From assembly GCF_964213995.1 (NCBI RefSeq), contig NW_027590155.1:620001-684000 (forward strand): 64,000 nt of DNA. Reading direction: 5' to 3'. Of the stretch, positions 62,093-64,000 are shown piece by piece. The notes below the pieces were generated by a model. That model did not search any database, was not told the DNA's origin, and worked only from the letters and a program-made list of their open reading frames with translations. Numbering within the stretch: position 1 is the first letter of the stretch; every line of letters starts with the position of its first letter. Made by a program: the position numbers and the translations under genes. The stretch is from Mustelus asterias (lineage: Eukaryota).

Positions 62093-64000
62093 CATAGAAC
62101 ATAGAACATAGAACAGTACAGCACAGAACAGGCCCTTCGGCCCACGATGTTGTGCCGAGCTTTATCTGAAACCAAGATCAAGCTATCCCACTCCCTATCA
62201 TCCTGGTGTGCGCCATGTGCCTATCCAATAACCGCTTAAATGTTCCTAAAGTGTCTGACTCCACTATCACTGCAGGCAGTCCATTCCACACCCCAACCAC
62301 TCTCTGCGTAAAGAACCTACCTCTGATATCCTTCCTGTATCTCCCACCACGAACCCTATAGTTATGCCCCCTTGTAATAGCTCCATCCACCCGAGGAAAT
62401 AGTATTTAAACGTTCACTCTATCTATCCCCTTCATCATTTTAGAAACCTCTATTAAGTCTCCCCTCAGCCTCCTCCGCTCCAGAGAGAACAGCCCGAGCT
62501 CCCTCAACCTTTCCTCATAAGACGTACCCTCCAAACCAGGCAGCATCCTGATAAATCTCCTCTGCACTCTTTCCAGCGCTTCCACATCCTTCTTATAGTG
62601 AGGTGACCAGAACTGCACACAATATTCCAAATGTGGTCTCACCAAGGTCCTGTACAGTTGCAGCATAACCCCACGGCTCTTAAACTCCAACCCCCTGTTC
62701 ATAAAAGCTAACACACTATAGGCCTTCTTCACAGCTCTATCCACTTGAGTGGCAACCTTTAGGGATCTGTGGATATGAACCCCAAGATCTCTCTGTTCCT
62801 CCACAGTCTTCAGAACCCTACCTTTGACCCTGTAATCCACATTTAAATTAGTCCTACCAAAATGAAACACCTCACATTTATCAGGGTTAAACTCCATTTG
62901 CCATTTTTCAGCCCAGCTTTGCATCCTATCTATGTCTCTTTGCAGCCTACAACAGCCCTCCACCTCATCCACTACTGCACCAATCTTGGTGTCATCAGCA
63001 AATTTACTGATCCACCCTTCAGCCCCCTCCTCTAAGTCATTAATAAAAATCACAAAGAGCAGAGGACCAAGCACTGATCCCTGCGGCACTCCGCGAGCAA
63101 CCTGCCTCCAATCCGAAAATTTTCCATCGACCACCACCCTCTGTCTTCGATCAGACAGCCAGTTACCTACCCAATCGGCCAACTTTCCCTCTATCCCACA
63201 CCTCCTCACTTTCATCATCAGCCGACCATGGGGGACCTTCTCAAACACCTTACTAAAATCCATGTATATGACATCAACTGCCCTACCTTCATCAACACAC
63301 TGAGTTACATCCTCAAAAAATTCTATCAAATTTGTGAGGCACGACTTGCCCTTCACGAATCCGTGCTGACTATCCCGGATTAATCCGCATCTTTCTAAAT
63401 GGTCGGAAATCCCATCTCTAAGGACCTTGTCCATCAATTTACCAACCACCGAAGTAAGACTAACCGGTCTATAATTACCAGGGTCATTTCTATTCCCTTT
63501 CTTAAACAGAGGAACAACATTCGCCATTCTCCAGTCTTCTGGCACCATCCCCGTGGAGAGTAAGGACCCAAAGATCAAAGCCAAAGGCTCTGCAATCTCA
63601 TCCCTTGCCTCCCAAAGAATCCTAGGATACATTTCATCAGGCCCAGGGGACTTATCGACCTTCAGTTTATTCAAAACTGCCAGTACATCCTCCCTCCAAA
63701 CATCTATTTCCTCCAGCCTATTAGCCTGTAACACCTTCTCTTCCTCAAAAACATGGCCCCTCTCCTTGGTGAACACTGAAGAAAAGTATTCATTCATCAC
63801 CTCGCCTATCTCTACTGACTCCATACGCAAGTTCCCACTACTGTCCTTGACCGGCCCTAACCTCACCCTGGTCATTCTTTTATTCCTCACATAAGAGTAA
63901 AAAGCCTTGGGGTTTTCCTTGATCCGACCCGCCAAGGACTTCTCGTGTCCCCTCCTAGCTCTCCTAAGCCCCTTTTTCAGCTCATTCCTTGCTAACTTGT
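62093..64000 (-). mobile_element. CR1 LINE (runs off the window edge)
   Basis: 509-aa RT ORF 62406-63935; (ATAGAAC)n tail at ~62093-62113. Confidence 0.95.

Noticed and set aside
5465-63894. Antisense ORFs overlapping CR1 copies
   Set aside because: Shadow frames of LINE ORF2, repeated in each copy.

Overview
Cartilaginous-fish (shark-type) genomic DNA. About half is CR1 and Rex1-type LINEs, HE1-like SINEs, Penelope-type fragments and simple repeats. The non-repeat islands form an antigen-receptor locus mixing T-cell receptor and immunoglobulin heavy-chain parts. At the left is the transmembrane exon of a TCR alpha/delta-type constant gene (865-975, +). Downstream are TCR Valpha/delta segments in both orientations: one intact (29451-30546, +, canonical 23-RSS), three pseudogenes on - and several decayed relics. 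Further right are two IgM-type VH copies: a truncated relic at ~46.6 kb and a complete leader+V+23-RSS at 56191-56700 with a TAG in the leader. The most striking element follows that VH: one 12-RSS leading directly into an open, apparently already joined D-D-JH block (YISGTGYWGQGTMVTVTA + splice donor, 57026-57115). This V-(DDJ) layout is one step from complete, and the only intact, correctly oriented V seen upstream in the window is a TCR V. Other points: hammerhead-ribozyme motifs in Penelope-type inserts, CTCF-like and CRE/CCAAT motifs at V genes, a nested in-frame CR1 insertion and a duplicated tRNA-Val(CAC) pseudogene unit. All calls are by eye, and repeat boundaries are approximate.
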